The position numbers and the translations under genes were made by a program. Below the pieces are notes generated by a model that searched no databases, had not been told where the DNA came from, and saw only the letters and a list, made by a program, of their open reading frames with translations. From positions 711 through 64,710 of the forward strand of contig JAVEZP010000001.1 of NCBI GenBank assembly GCA_034002925.1: a stretch of DNA of 64,000 nucleotides. The letters run 5' to 3'. This document shows, in pieces, positions 31,180-40,353 of the stretch (its first letter is position 1; each line of letters starts with the position of its first letter). The DNA is from Patescibacteria group bacterium (lineage in GTDB: Bacteria > Patescibacteriota > Patescibacteriia > Patescibacteriales > UBA12465).

Positions 31180-31824
31180 TTATTTTTTATTTTTATCTTC
31201 TAATTTATTAGTAACAATGACTTTGGCAGGGCGAATAACCTTATCATGCAAAGTATAACCAGGCATGATTTCCGTTTTTACCACACTGCCTTCGCCCTCT
31301 ACTGCTTCCATTAAATTATGATCAAAAAGCTCTCCCTTTGTTTTTATTTCTTGAACACCACGTTCATTTAAAACATCTTTAAACTGTTTTAAAACATATT
31401 CAACCCCTTTAACCCAAGCGCTTTCTTTTTCATTATCAGGTAAAGAATTTAACGACATTTTTAAATGATCATAAACTGGCAAAATTTCTTGTAAAAAATC
31501 ATTAAGCGCAAAACGAATAAATTCTTGTTTTTCTTTAGCACTTGATTTTAGTAAATTTTGATAATCAGCCAGAGCTCTTTTATATTTATTCTCCCAAGAA
31601 TCTAAACTGTCTTGCTCTGCAATTAATTCAAAGCGATTCACTTTCTTATCTTTTTGTTCAACTTTTTCTAACCACATTTTAAGTGGCCTTACCCATATTA
31701 CCTGATCTTTTAAAGAACGATAAACAGCTACTTCATCTTTATTTTCAGTATTCTTGCCGATAAATAATAATTCATATTCACCGCCCTTATAATGACGATA
31801 TTTCCCTAATTTAATTTGATGCAT
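31180..31824 (-). CDS. grpE: GrpE nucleotide exchange factor with an N-terminal DUF1653-like domain
   Basis: N-terminus GKYRHYKGGEYELLFIG...VAVYRSL...IWVRPLKMW fits the DUF1653 pattern. The C-terminal two thirds are GrpE-like (LADYQNLLK..., MPGYTLHDKVIRPAKVIV). Confidence 0.8.
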   Translation of the reverse strand: MHQIKLGKYRHYKGGEYELLFIGKNTENKDEVAVYRSLKDQVIWVRPLKMWLEKVEQKDKKVNRFELIAEQDSLDSWENKYKRALADYQNLLKSSAKEKQEFIRFALNDFLQEILPVYDHLKMSLNSLPDNEKESAWVKGVEYVLKQFKDVLNERGVQEIKTKGELFDHNLMEAVEGEGSVVKTEIMPGYTLHDKVIRPAKVIVTNKLEDKNKK

Positions 31825-31825
31825 A

Positions 31826-32515
31826 TTATTTAAATTTTTCTTGTAAATAGTTAAGTAAGTTCATGTTTAAATGATAATCCATACGTAAAGGCCCTAAAAT
31901 GCCCACCAAACCCGAAACACCTTGATGACGATATTTTAACACTGTAGTACCCAAAAAAGACCCAAATGGATTTTGCTCTCCGATAAAAACATGAATGCCG
32001 TCATCTAAATCATCAAAAAAACCATCAATAATATCTTCCATCCTATCAATTACCTGAGAAACATCACAAACAATTTCACTTTGACGAAATTCCACCTGTG
32101 AAAAAAGATTAGATAGTCCGGTATGATAAATGTCATTCTTATGAAAGGCCCAAAAAACAGCGTTAGCAGATAATTCCGCCAAACTACGAGCTAAAGGTTT
32201 AAAATTTTCTTGACTGTCAGACAAGGCTCTATCTAAAATAATGCGGTCGCTGCTTTTCAAATCTTTCTTTTTACTAGTTTCATTTTGCAAATCTAATAAA
32301 TAAGCAGCTGCCGTGGGTACACGACCAGCAGAAGTATGAGGTTGATAAATATAGGCCTCTTCTTCTAACAGCATCATTTCATTACGAACAGTCGCTGGAG
32401 AAATATCCAACTTATATCTTTCTACCAATAAAGCTGACGCTACTGGTTGAGCATTCTTTACATAATCTTTAATAATAGTACGTAGAATTAATTTTTGGCG
32501 ATCACTTAAAGACAT
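31826..32515 (-). CDS. hrcA: Heat-inducible transcription repressor HrcA (short form, about 229 aa)
   Basis: LSDRQKLILRTII...PVASALL...SPATVRNEMMLLEEEAYIYQPHTSAGRVPT. Start moved to the internal Met at 32515, so the CIRCE site lies upstream. Confidence 0.85.
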   Translation of the reverse strand: MSLSDRQKLILRTIIKDYVKNAQPVASALLVERYKLDISPATVRNEMMLLEEEAYIYQPHTSAGRVPTAAAYLLDLQNETSKKKDLKSSDRIILDRALSDSQENFKPLARSLAELSANAVFWAFHKNDIYHTGLSNLFSQVEFRQSEIVCDVSQVIDRMEDIIDGFFDDLDDGIHVFIGEQNPFGSFLGTTVLKYRHQGVSGLVGILGPLRMDYHLNMNLLNYLQEKFK

Positions 32516-32558
32516 ATGAAATATAAAAATAATTAACTCATAGCTATTATAAATAAAA

Positions 32559-32585
32559 TTAGCACTCAAGTCAAGAGAGTGCTAA
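32559..32585. promoter_or_regulatory. CIRCE operator upstream of hrcA-grpE-hsp20-dnaK-dnaJ
   Basis: TTAGCACTC-AAGTCAAGA-GAGTGCTAA, perfect CIRCE arms. Confidence 0.9.
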
Positions 32586-32617
32586 TTATAATAAAAAAAT
32601 AACTAATATTCAATAAA

Positions 32618-34705
32618 TTATTCTAATTCTTCTGAACTAAAATACCATTGCATAATTTCTCGAGCAATAGGTGCTGCAATTTCACTGCCTTCCCGCCCCT
32701 CTTCAACTACCACTGTAATCACTAAAACAGGGTCTTCATAAGGAGCAAAGGCGGTAAACCAAGCATGATTTTCTTTAGTGCTTGACCATTGAGCCGTACC
32801 CGTTTTACCAGCCGAAGTTACAGGCAACGCCATTAAACTACGAGCACTACCAGCCGTCACGGTTTGACGCATGCCTTCACGTACTACTTGTAAATTATAG
32901 GCATCAATAAAATTTTCACGAATAATTTGGGGCTCTATCTGACGTACTAGATTATTATTTTCATCTAAAATAGCCTGCACTAGAGTAGGCTTAAATAAAT
33001 GACCACCGTTAGCAATAGCGGCGGTAAAATTAGCAACTTGTAAAGGAGATACTAAGACATCTCCCTGCCCAATCGCAATATGATATGTATCACCAATATA
33101 CCAAGCTTCTTCCTTCACTCTTTCTTTCCATTCTCTGGTAGGCACTAAGCCTGCGGTTTCGCCATTTAAATCAATACCGGTAATTGCGCCTAAACCAAAT
33201 AAACGCATATAATGAGCAATTTTTTCTACTCCCAAACCAACAAAATCTTGATAACCACCACCAATATAATAGAAAAAGGTATTTACTGATTCTGCAATTG
33301 CTTTGCGCACATCAGTACGACCATGGCCGCCTGCTTTCCAATCAGGAAAAAACCACTGTCCAATACGCAAACCACCCGTGCTTAAGAAATTAGTATTTTC
33401 AGAGATAATATTTTCTTCTAAAGCGGCCGCCGCAATAACTGGTTTAATTACTGAACCGGAAGGTAATTCGCCGCTAATAGCACGATTAAATAAGGGATTA
33501 TCTTTGTTTTGAATAAATTTTTCATAATCCTCTTGGCTAATACCTTGAGCAAACAAATTATTATCATAAGAAGGCAAACTAAGCAAGGCAAGAATTTGAC
33601 CATTATTTGGATCCATCACAATTACTGACGCTCTTTGAGTTTCAGACTTTTCTAACCAAATTTTAGTGATTTTTTCCACCTGTTCTTGTAATCTAAGATC
33701 TAAAGACAAACGTAAATTATATCCAGCCACCGCCCTGGTTTCACTGACAGTATTTTTGCGACGGCCAAGGGCATCAACTTCAAATCTAATATAGCCACGC
33801 TGCCCTTTTAAGTCTTTTTCCCAAGTGTATTCTAAACCAGTTTTACCAACATAATCTGTAATAGAATAACTGCTACTAAAAGCTTTTAAGGCAGCCTCAC
33901 TAATTTTGCCAGTATAACCTAAAATATGAGACAGGGCTGAAAGATTATTTTCTGTCTCTTCGTTTAAGATAGAGGTAAATGGATATTCTCGCCTAATTTT
34001 CGTCTCTATCAACACACCAGGCATATCTTTCTTAGCTAAAATTAATTTTAAAGCAGAGTCATAATCAATACCATCTTTAATAAATAAAGGTTGATAGGCT
34101 TCTAAAGAATATGGCTTAACCTTCTTTAAAGCATCTTTCATTAATTGAAAAGAAGGACCATCAGACACTAAGCGTACCGCCCCAGAATCACTTAATAATT
34201 CTTTCTCTGGCAGATCATCAATAATGCGACTAATATCTCGTAATAATAAATCCCTTTCCATTTCGTCTTTAGGCAAATCAATTGGTCGCAAAGACAGTAC
34301 AAAATTAGCTGTATTACGCACTAAAGCCTGACCGGCGCGATCATAGATAATACCTCTTTTCGGCTCTAGATACTCAGTTCTAATACGATTGCCTTCAGCT
34401 AATAAGGCATATCGAGAGCCTTGAATTAGCTGCAACCAAGCGACACGACTAAATAAAATAAGAACAAAAAGAAAAATTATTACTTTCAAAAAAAATAAAC
34501 GACTAAAATTAAAAGTTCTGCCCACTGCTTCTTTATCTTGATTGCCAGATAAAAAAGAATGTTCAGTCCAATCACGATAATATGTAGAATCTTTTAATTG
34601 CCCAAAACGAAAAGCGCCCTCTTGAATTGAGAATAAATCATTAATTTTGACACCCTTAGACTCAAAATTGCCTAAAAAAAAGCGTTTTTTCTGATTTTTT
34701 ACCAT
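32618..34705 (-). CDS. Penicillin-binding protein 2 family transpeptidase
   Basis: N-terminal TM, dimerisation domain, SxxK (SGSVIKP), SxN (ESVN), KTG (AGKTGTA). Confidence 0.88.
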   Translation of the reverse strand: MVKNQKKRFFLGNFESKGVKINDLFSIQEGAFRFGQLKDSTYYRDWTEHSFLSGNQDKEAVGRTFNFSRLFFLKVIIFLFVLILFSRVAWLQLIQGSRYALLAEGNRIRTEYLEPKRGIIYDRAGQALVRNTANFVLSLRPIDLPKDEMERDLLLRDISRIIDDLPEKELLSDSGAVRLVSDGPSFQLMKDALKKVKPYSLEAYQPLFIKDGIDYDSALKLILAKKDMPGVLIETKIRREYPFTSILNEETENNLSALSHILGYTGKISEAALKAFSSSYSITDYVGKTGLEYTWEKDLKGQRGYIRFEVDALGRRKNTVSETRAVAGYNLRLSLDLRLQEQVEKITKIWLEKSETQRASVIVMDPNNGQILALLSLPSYDNNLFAQGISQEDYEKFIQNKDNPLFNRAISGELPSGSVIKPVIAAAALEENIISENTNFLSTGGLRIGQWFFPDWKAGGHGRTDVRKAIAESVNTFFYYIGGGYQDFVGLGVEKIAHYMRLFGLGAITGIDLNGETAGLVPTREWKERVKEEAWYIGDTYHIAIGQGDVLVSPLQVANFTAAIANGGHLFKPTLVQAILDENNNLVRQIEPQIIRENFIDAYNLQVVREGMRQTVTAGSARSLMALPVTSAGKTGTAQWSSTKENHAWFTAFAPYEDPVLVITVVVEEGREGSEIAAPIAREIMQWYFSSEELE

Positions 34706-34824
34706 ATTTTATATCTTAATATTAACTTTATCTCACAAAAAACACAAGTAAAAATGTTATTAAAATTTTATCTGACTATGCTACAATAAAAATATCAATC
34801 AACTAAAATAATCTTATAAATAAT

Positions 34825-35496
34825 ATGCGTGCTCTTATTATTGAAGACGAAATTGATTTAGCTCATTTCTTAGCTTCTTTATTAAAAAAATCTGGCTTCA
34901 GCACCGATCTTAGCCATGACGGAGAACAAGGATCCTTTTTAGGTAGAAGCAATAATTACGATTTAATTATTACCGACTACAGCTTACCGAAACTAGACGG
35001 ACGTAGTTTAATCACAGAAATTAGACAAGATGGCAAGAATGTTCCTATTTTAATGCTAAGTGTTCGTTCTAGCTCCCTAGATAAAGTAAACGTGTTAGAT
35101 GCTGGAGCTGATGATTATTTGAGCAAACCTTTTGCGGCTGATGAATTTTTAGCTCGTGTCAGAGCTTTGGTTAGAAGACCACAACATATACAAAGCAACC
35201 CTCTTCAATTTCATGATTTAATTCTAGATGCCCAGAAATTTAAAGTTAGTCGCAAAAATAAAAATATTAAACTCACAAATAAAGAATTCTCACTTCTTCA
35301 ATATTTAATGCTTAATGCTGGTCAGATTATTCCTCGTGATGTTTTATTGGAACATGTCTGGGATGGAGAAACGGATCCCTTCTCTAACACTTTAGAAACT
35401 CATATTATGAGACTACGCCAAAAAATCGACCAACAAAAACCTAAATTAATTCACAATATTGCCAGTCGGGGATATAAATTAGATATCAGCGCCTAA
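34825..35496 (+). CDS. OmpR-family response regulator
   Basis: Receiver domain (EDE..., LIITDYSLPKLDG, LSKPF) plus a winged-helix output domain (LTNKEFSLLQYLM..., RGYKL). Confidence 0.92.
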   Translation: MRALIIEDEIDLAHFLASLLKKSGFSTDLSHDGEQGSFLGRSNNYDLIITDYSLPKLDGRSLITEIRQDGKNVPILMLSVRSSSLDKVNVLDAGADDYLSKPFAADEFLARVRALVRRPQHIQSNPLQFHDLILDAQKFKVSRKNKNIKLTNKEFSLLQYLMLNAGQIIPRDVLLEHVWDGETDPFSNTLETHIMRLRQKIDQQKPKLIHNIASRGYKLDISA

Positions 35497-35595
35497 AATG
35501 TTAAATTAATGTTAACAATCTCACGCTATACTAAAAAAGTAGTGAGATATGATCTCAAGGTCGAACTACATATAAAGATCTCAACAATTAAATTT

Positions 35596-35661
35596 ATGTT
35601 TAAAGGCAATAAAATTGAAAAAAACAAAGAACAAAATCCAGGTACACCCTGGCGTAGTTAG
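35596..35661 (+). CDS. Micro-ORF (21 aa) between the response regulator and kinase genes. Speculative.
   Basis: ATG...TAG encodes MFKGNKIEKNKEQNPGTPWRS. The stop lies 4 nt before the 5' arm of a strong terminator hairpin. No homology evidence. Confidence 0.2.
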   Translation: MFKGNKIEKNKEQNPGTPWRS

Positions 35662-35665
35662 AAAC

Positions 35666-35702
35666 AAAGCTTCTGTCTCAGTATATAGGACAGAAGCTTT
35701 TT
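35666..35702 (+). terminator. Strong intrinsic terminator 6 nt upstream of the histidine kinase start
   Basis: AAAGCTTCTGTC-tcagtatatag-GACAGAAGCTTT-TT: a 12-bp perfect stem plus a T-run. Confidence 0.75.
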
Positions 35703-35708
35703 AAATTT

Positions 35709-37061
35709 ATGCAACTAAAAAAATTACTCACACAGACACCCTCAGTTTTAATAAATAAAAAAATCAAAATCGTTAGCCTTCTTTCTATCATTGTAATGCT
35801 TATTCTCAATCTAATTCGGATCAGAGATTTTATGATTGATCCAAATAACCAAGGTTTGCCTCTAATATTTACCTTCACTCTTTTAATTTTATTTGGATTT
35901 ATTTATTTCCTAGCCTATAAAAACAAAAATCGTCTGAGTGCTTGGCTGTTAATTATTATTTATGCTGCGCCTACTATTTTATGTTTTTATTATTGGGGTG
36001 CTGATTTACCAGCGGCGCTATTACTTAGCATCTTAATCATTATGCTCGCTGGTATCTTTTTGGGCGGTCGTGAAGCTTTTAGTGTGAGTCTAATTTTTAG
36101 CGCCTCCATTATTCTCTTTTCTTATCTTCAAACTCAAAATATTTTAACAGTCTCATCCAACTGGCGACAAGAACCTCATCAATTAGCGGATGCAATCGCT
36201 TATGTAGTTATTGGCGCTATTATTTTCTTCTTGGCTTGGCTCAGTGCAGTCGAAAGTCGTGAATCTCTAAAAAAAGCTCAACAAGCTCAACAAGAACTAA
36301 AACTAGAAAGAGATCAATTAGAAATCAAAGTAGCCGCTAGGACAAAAGAGATATTGAATATTAAAAGAGAGAAAATGGAACAATTACAAGCCCTAGCTAG
36401 TATTGGTAAACTATCTGGAGGTATTTTTCATGACATTATTAATCCCTTAACGGTAGTAAATTTAAATTTAGAACAAATGAAAAATAATAACTGTTCTAAC
36501 ATTCCTACAACTAAAGATTATATTCACCAAGCGCTCAATGCCAGTCAGCGCATTCAAGAATTAATTGAAGCCGCTAATCGCTCTTTGCGTCAACAACAAA
36601 AAATATCCACCTTTAGTGTCTGCGAAGAAACAAAACATATTATGAAAATAATGTCTGTTAAAGCAAGAATGAAAAATACCCAAATTAAAATTGATTGTCA
36701 AGAAGATAGTTTTATTACGGGCGACAATATTAAGTTTGGACAGGTAATGATGAACCTTATTTCTAACGCGATTGATGCTGGTAAAGATCAAAATAATCAA
36801 GTTACTATCCTAATTAAAAAATTAAGACCTGAACAAATTTTAGAAATTAGCGTACAAGATCAGGGAGAAGGTATTCTAGAGGGAGATAAAAACAAAATTT
36901 TTCAAACTTTCTTTAGCACAAAAACCGATAATAATCATTCAGGCTTAGGTTTAAGTATTAGCAAAGAAATTATTGAACAAGAATTTAAAGGCACTATTAG
37001 TTTTACAAGCCAAATCAATAAAGGAACGTGTTTTTATGTTAAAATACCAACTAAAATATGA
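35709..37061 (+). CDS. Sensor histidine kinase
   Basis: Five to six N-terminal TM helices, a coiled coil, H-box SGGIFHDIINPL, N-box MMNLISNAIDA, G-boxes DQGEGI and GLGLSISKEI. Confidence 0.9.
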   Translation: MQLKKLLTQTPSVLINKKIKIVSLLSIIVMLILNLIRIRDFMIDPNNQGLPLIFTFTLLILFGFIYFLAYKNKNRLSAWLLIIIYAAPTILCFYYWGADLPAALLLSILIIMLAGIFLGGREAFSVSLIFSASIILFSYLQTQNILTVSSNWRQEPHQLADAIAYVVIGAIIFFLAWLSAVESRESLKKAQQAQQELKLERDQLEIKVAARTKEILNIKREKMEQLQALASIGKLSGGIFHDIINPLTVVNLNLEQMKNNNCSNIPTTKDYIHQALNASQRIQELIEAANRSLRQQQKISTFSVCEETKHIMKIMSVKARMKNTQIKIDCQEDSFITGDNIKFGQVMMNLISNAIDAGKDQNNQVTILIKKLRPEQILEISVQDQGEGILEGDKNKIFQTFFSTKTDNNHSGLGLSISKEIIEQEFKGTISFTSQINKGTCFYVKIPTKI

Positions 37062-37885
37062 ATAAAAATCAACAAGCAATATACAAAATCTTAGAAGACT
37101 ATATAAAAACATGGCCACCTATTTTACAAAAAGGTATTAAAAAAACTTGGCAAAATACAAAACAAGATGATATCAAAGGTCTAATCAGTCTTTTGCCTTT
37201 GTCTGTATTAAAAGATTGCCAATTATCCACCAAGCCCAAAGTAATTACGCAAGCCCAACAACTAGGAGTAGCCGCCTTATTTTTATGGATGGCAGCTAAC
37301 TTACAAGATGACATCACAGACGAACGAGATGCGCCTAAATATTATGTGCCTCTAGCTAATACTTGTCTGCTCCATGCTTGGTATATTTTACAATCTCTGA
37401 CTCATCCCAATAAACAACAAACTATATTATCGATTTTAACAGCTACTGATGAAGCTAATTATCGAGCTCTATTTTTTCCTTTAAAAATACCAAAAACGAA
37501 TCTTGATATTGGGAATAAAGCCCAATTTTTATTAGCACCAATTTTTGTTCTATTAAACTATCTACAAATTAATAATTTAGAGATACAAAAATTTATGAAA
37601 GGCGCTAAATATTTCTTAGCAGCCAAACAGTTAGCCGATGATGTTTATGATTATCAAGAAGATTGGCAGATGGGTAGACGTACAAGCGCACACCAAAAAC
37701 TTCGATCGCTACCAACAGCTAAAAATATTAATAACTATTACCAAAAACAATCTAGAAGGATCATCTTTTTATGCAATCAATGTCGCCAAGAATTAAAAAC
37801 AGTCACTTTTCTAGAAAAAAATGACTGCTTTGAAAAACATTTACAAACTTTAGAATATAATTGTTATAGAGCTATGGCCAAATAA
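37058..37885 (+). CDS. Hypothetical protein with two DDxxD motifs (class I isoprenoid synthase-like)
   Basis: ANLQDDITDERD and KQLADDVYDYQED lie about 110 aa apart, resembling the first and second Asp-rich motifs of polyprenyl synthases. 4-nt overlap with the kinase gene. Confidence 0.4.
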   Translation: MNKNQQAIYKILEDYIKTWPPILQKGIKKTWQNTKQDDIKGLISLLPLSVLKDCQLSTKPKVITQAQQLGVAALFLWMAANLQDDITDERDAPKYYVPLANTCLLHAWYILQSLTHPNKQQTILSILTATDEANYRALFFPLKIPKTNLDIGNKAQFLLAPIFVLLNYLQINNLEIQKFMKGAKYFLAAKQLADDVYDYQEDWQMGRRTSAHQKLRSLPTAKNINNYYQKQSRRIIFLCNQCRQELKTVTFLEKNDCFEKHLQTLEYNCYRAMAK

Positions 37886-38978
37886 TTTCTCCCGGCATAT
37901 CTAAATCATATAGCTGCCAAAATTGTGCTTCGCTTTTATCTTGAGGCCATAAATCTGCTTGGCCATAATCATTAATAATAATTGGAATGAGTTCCGCCTG
38001 ACCAGACAAATCTTCTTGAAAAACTAAACGAGCCAACACTCCGTGCCTTGTTTGTTCTGACCACATCTGATCAAAAACTAAATTACCTAAAGAATAAAAA
38101 ATAGGCTTATCTTTATAAATTTCCCAACTTTGTGGCCAGTGAGGATGATGTCCGATAACCACATCAGCACCGAGATCAATTGCCTCATGTGCGAATCTTT
38201 TTTGTTGAGTATTAGGTATAGTAGTGTATTCTTCACCAGCATGCATTATTACAATCACTAAATCTGCCCGATCTCTCACTTGCTTAATATCTACAGCCAA
38301 ATTTTGATGATCCATATAAGCAATGCCCGGCCTCTCCGCTGTCGCTACACTGTAATCATTAGGATAGGCATAAGCTAAAAAAGCAATCTGCCAAGCATTT
38401 ACTGTCATCAAGGTGGCTGCACGAGCCGCTTCTTCATTGAGTCCCGCGCCAACAGTTGCTATCTTGTTTGTAGTTAAAAGATCAATTGTATCCTCAATTC
38501 CCTTGTGACCAGCATTTAAAATATGATTATTCGCCAAAGACACTACATCAACGCCACTTACAAGCAAAGCCTCTAAAGATAAGGGATTGGCTCTAAAAGA
38601 AAAAGAACCACTAGGAACTTGATAATTTGCATTTTCTAAAAAAGGAGATTCTAAATTAATAATACTTAAATCAGCCGCTTCTAATATAGGAGCCAGTAGT
38701 TTTAGTGGCCAAGCATAGTCATTATAAGCGACCATTTTAGCATTGACAGTGCGGGATAACATCACATCGCCACCGAACAACAAAGTAATATTTGGCTTAG
38801 CAGTCACCACATCAGCTGCTTCTAAAAAATTTAATTGCGACTCCTTTGCACTAAAATTTTGTTGATAGAGATAAGTGAGTTCATTAATTGAATAATAAGA
38901 AAAAATCAAAATAAGAGCACTTAAAACCAGTACTAAGAAATAAATCACTATTCGATGTAATAATAATCTATTGAACAT
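37872..38978 (-). CDS. CapA/PgsA-family metallophosphatase-like protein
   Basis: N-terminal TM; TLLFGGDVMLSR, ANNHILNAG, VIMHAGEEY, GHHPH. Confidence 0.8.
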   Translation of the reverse strand: MFNRLLLHRIVIYFLVLVLSALILIFSYYSINELTYLYQQNFSAKESQLNFLEAADVVTAKPNITLLFGGDVMLSRTVNAKMVAYNDYAWPLKLLAPILEAADLSIINLESPFLENANYQVPSGSFSFRANPLSLEALLVSGVDVVSLANNHILNAGHKGIEDTIDLLTTNKIATVGAGLNEEAARAATLMTVNAWQIAFLAYAYPNDYSVATAERPGIAYMDHQNLAVDIKQVRDRADLVIVIMHAGEEYTTIPNTQQKRFAHEAIDLGADVVIGHHPHWPQSWEIYKDKPIFYSLGNLVFDQMWSEQTRHGVLARLVFQEDLSGQAELIPIIINDYGQADLWPQDKSEAQFWQLYDLDMPGEIIWP

Positions 38979-38983
38979 TGATA

Positions 38984-40234
38984 TTATTTAATAAAACGCC
39001 TCAAAACACTAAACTCTGGCCATGCTGTTTTGCTATGAATTAAAATTTCTTGATTGCCACCACCACCATGTGCTTCTGTTAATTTTTGGCCAGTATCAAG
39101 ATCTCTCATTGTTTTGACGCTCATAATAACTTTATTATAGGCTGGTCCAATAATTTCTACTTTATCACTAGCTAAAAGTGTGTTATGCACCTTAACTCTT
39201 AAATCAAAACCTTTATCAATCTGCTTACAAGCTAAAACTTGACCACAAAATTCCCAATTAGAGTCAGGAAAATTACCATCATAATTTTGTAAATTATTAT
39301 CAGCAAACATAAAGCCTTCGGTGTAGCCGCGATTCTGTAATTTAGTTAATAATTCTTGTTTTAAAAAAGCTAATTCTTTTTTTATCTCCTTTTGACTATG
39401 ACCAGCAAAAATAAAATCAATAGCCCTCCTATAAGCACCAACCACATTGGCTAAATAATAGACACTTTTAGCGCGACCTTCTATTTTTAAAGCATCAACA
39501 CCAGCTTCTATAATTTCAGGCAAACGTTCAATTAAACATAAATCTTGAGAATTAAGTAAATAGGTGCCATTACTATCCTCACCAATAGTCAAGGCTTTAT
39601 CATGACCTTTGGGTTTAATTTCATATTCCCAGCGACACGGTTGAACACAATCACCTAAATTAGCATTACGTCCAGTAAAATAAGAGGAAAGAAAACATCT
39701 TCCAGAATAAGCACTACAAAGAGCGCCATGAGCAAAAACCTCAATTTCGGTTTTGCCTACCTTTTTCTTTATTGTCTTTATTTCTTCTAAAGAAAGCTCT
39801 CGAGATAAAATCAAACGTTTAAAACCTTGCTGTTTCCAAAATAGAGCTGACTCAGAGTTGCTGCAATTAGCCTGAGTACTTAAACTTAATTTAGCCTGAG
39901 GCCATTGTTGACGAACCACTCTCATTACTCCTGGATCAGAAATAAATAAAGCATCGGCTTTCATTTTCTTCAACAGATTCACTTGTTTAGCCAATGGTTT
40001 AAGATGGCGTTCATGGGCTAAAATATTTAAAGTTACATAGGCTTTCTTGCCTAAACGGTGAGCCCAATCAATGCCTTGAACCATATCATCTAAAGAAAAA
40101 TCGTTAATTCTAGTACGTAAAGAAAATTCGGGTGTACCAAAATAAACAGCATCCGCACCATGGATTAAAGCGGTTTTAAGTTTAGCTAAATTACCAGCCG
40201 GAGCTAATAATTCTGGTTTTTTGACAATTTTCAT
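38984..40234 (-). CDS. Peptidase U32 family protein
   Basis: PELLAPAGNLAKLKTALIHGADAVYFG, E-x-F-x-H-G-A-L-C (EVFAHGALCSAYSGRC). Confidence 0.85.
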   Translation of the reverse strand: MKIVKKPELLAPAGNLAKLKTALIHGADAVYFGTPEFSLRTRINDFSLDDMVQGIDWAHRLGKKAYVTLNILAHERHLKPLAKQVNLLKKMKADALFISDPGVMRVVRQQWPQAKLSLSTQANCSNSESALFWKQQGFKRLILSRELSLEEIKTIKKKVGKTEIEVFAHGALCSAYSGRCFLSSYFTGRNANLGDCVQPCRWEYEIKPKGHDKALTIGEDSNGTYLLNSQDLCLIERLPEIIEAGVDALKIEGRAKSVYYLANVVGAYRRAIDFIFAGHSQKEIKKELAFLKQELLTKLQNRGYTEGFMFADNNLQNYDGNFPDSNWEFCGQVLACKQIDKGFDLRVKVHNTLLASDKVEIIGPAYNKVIMSVKTMRDLDTGQKLTEAHGGGGNQEILIHSKTAWPEFSVLRRFIK

Positions 40235-40353
40235 AAATATTTATTATACTATGCTATAATTATAGCCTAACTAAATTCTAATTAAAAGCTTATACTATAT
40301 GGTAAAAGATTGTGATTATTCTCAAAAACATGGCCGCTTCATGTGACGACTAC

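Noticed and set aside
35678-35878. Track ORF 35678-35878 (-)
   Set aside because: It is antisense to the terminator and the first TM region of the histidine kinase gene, and no motif supports it.
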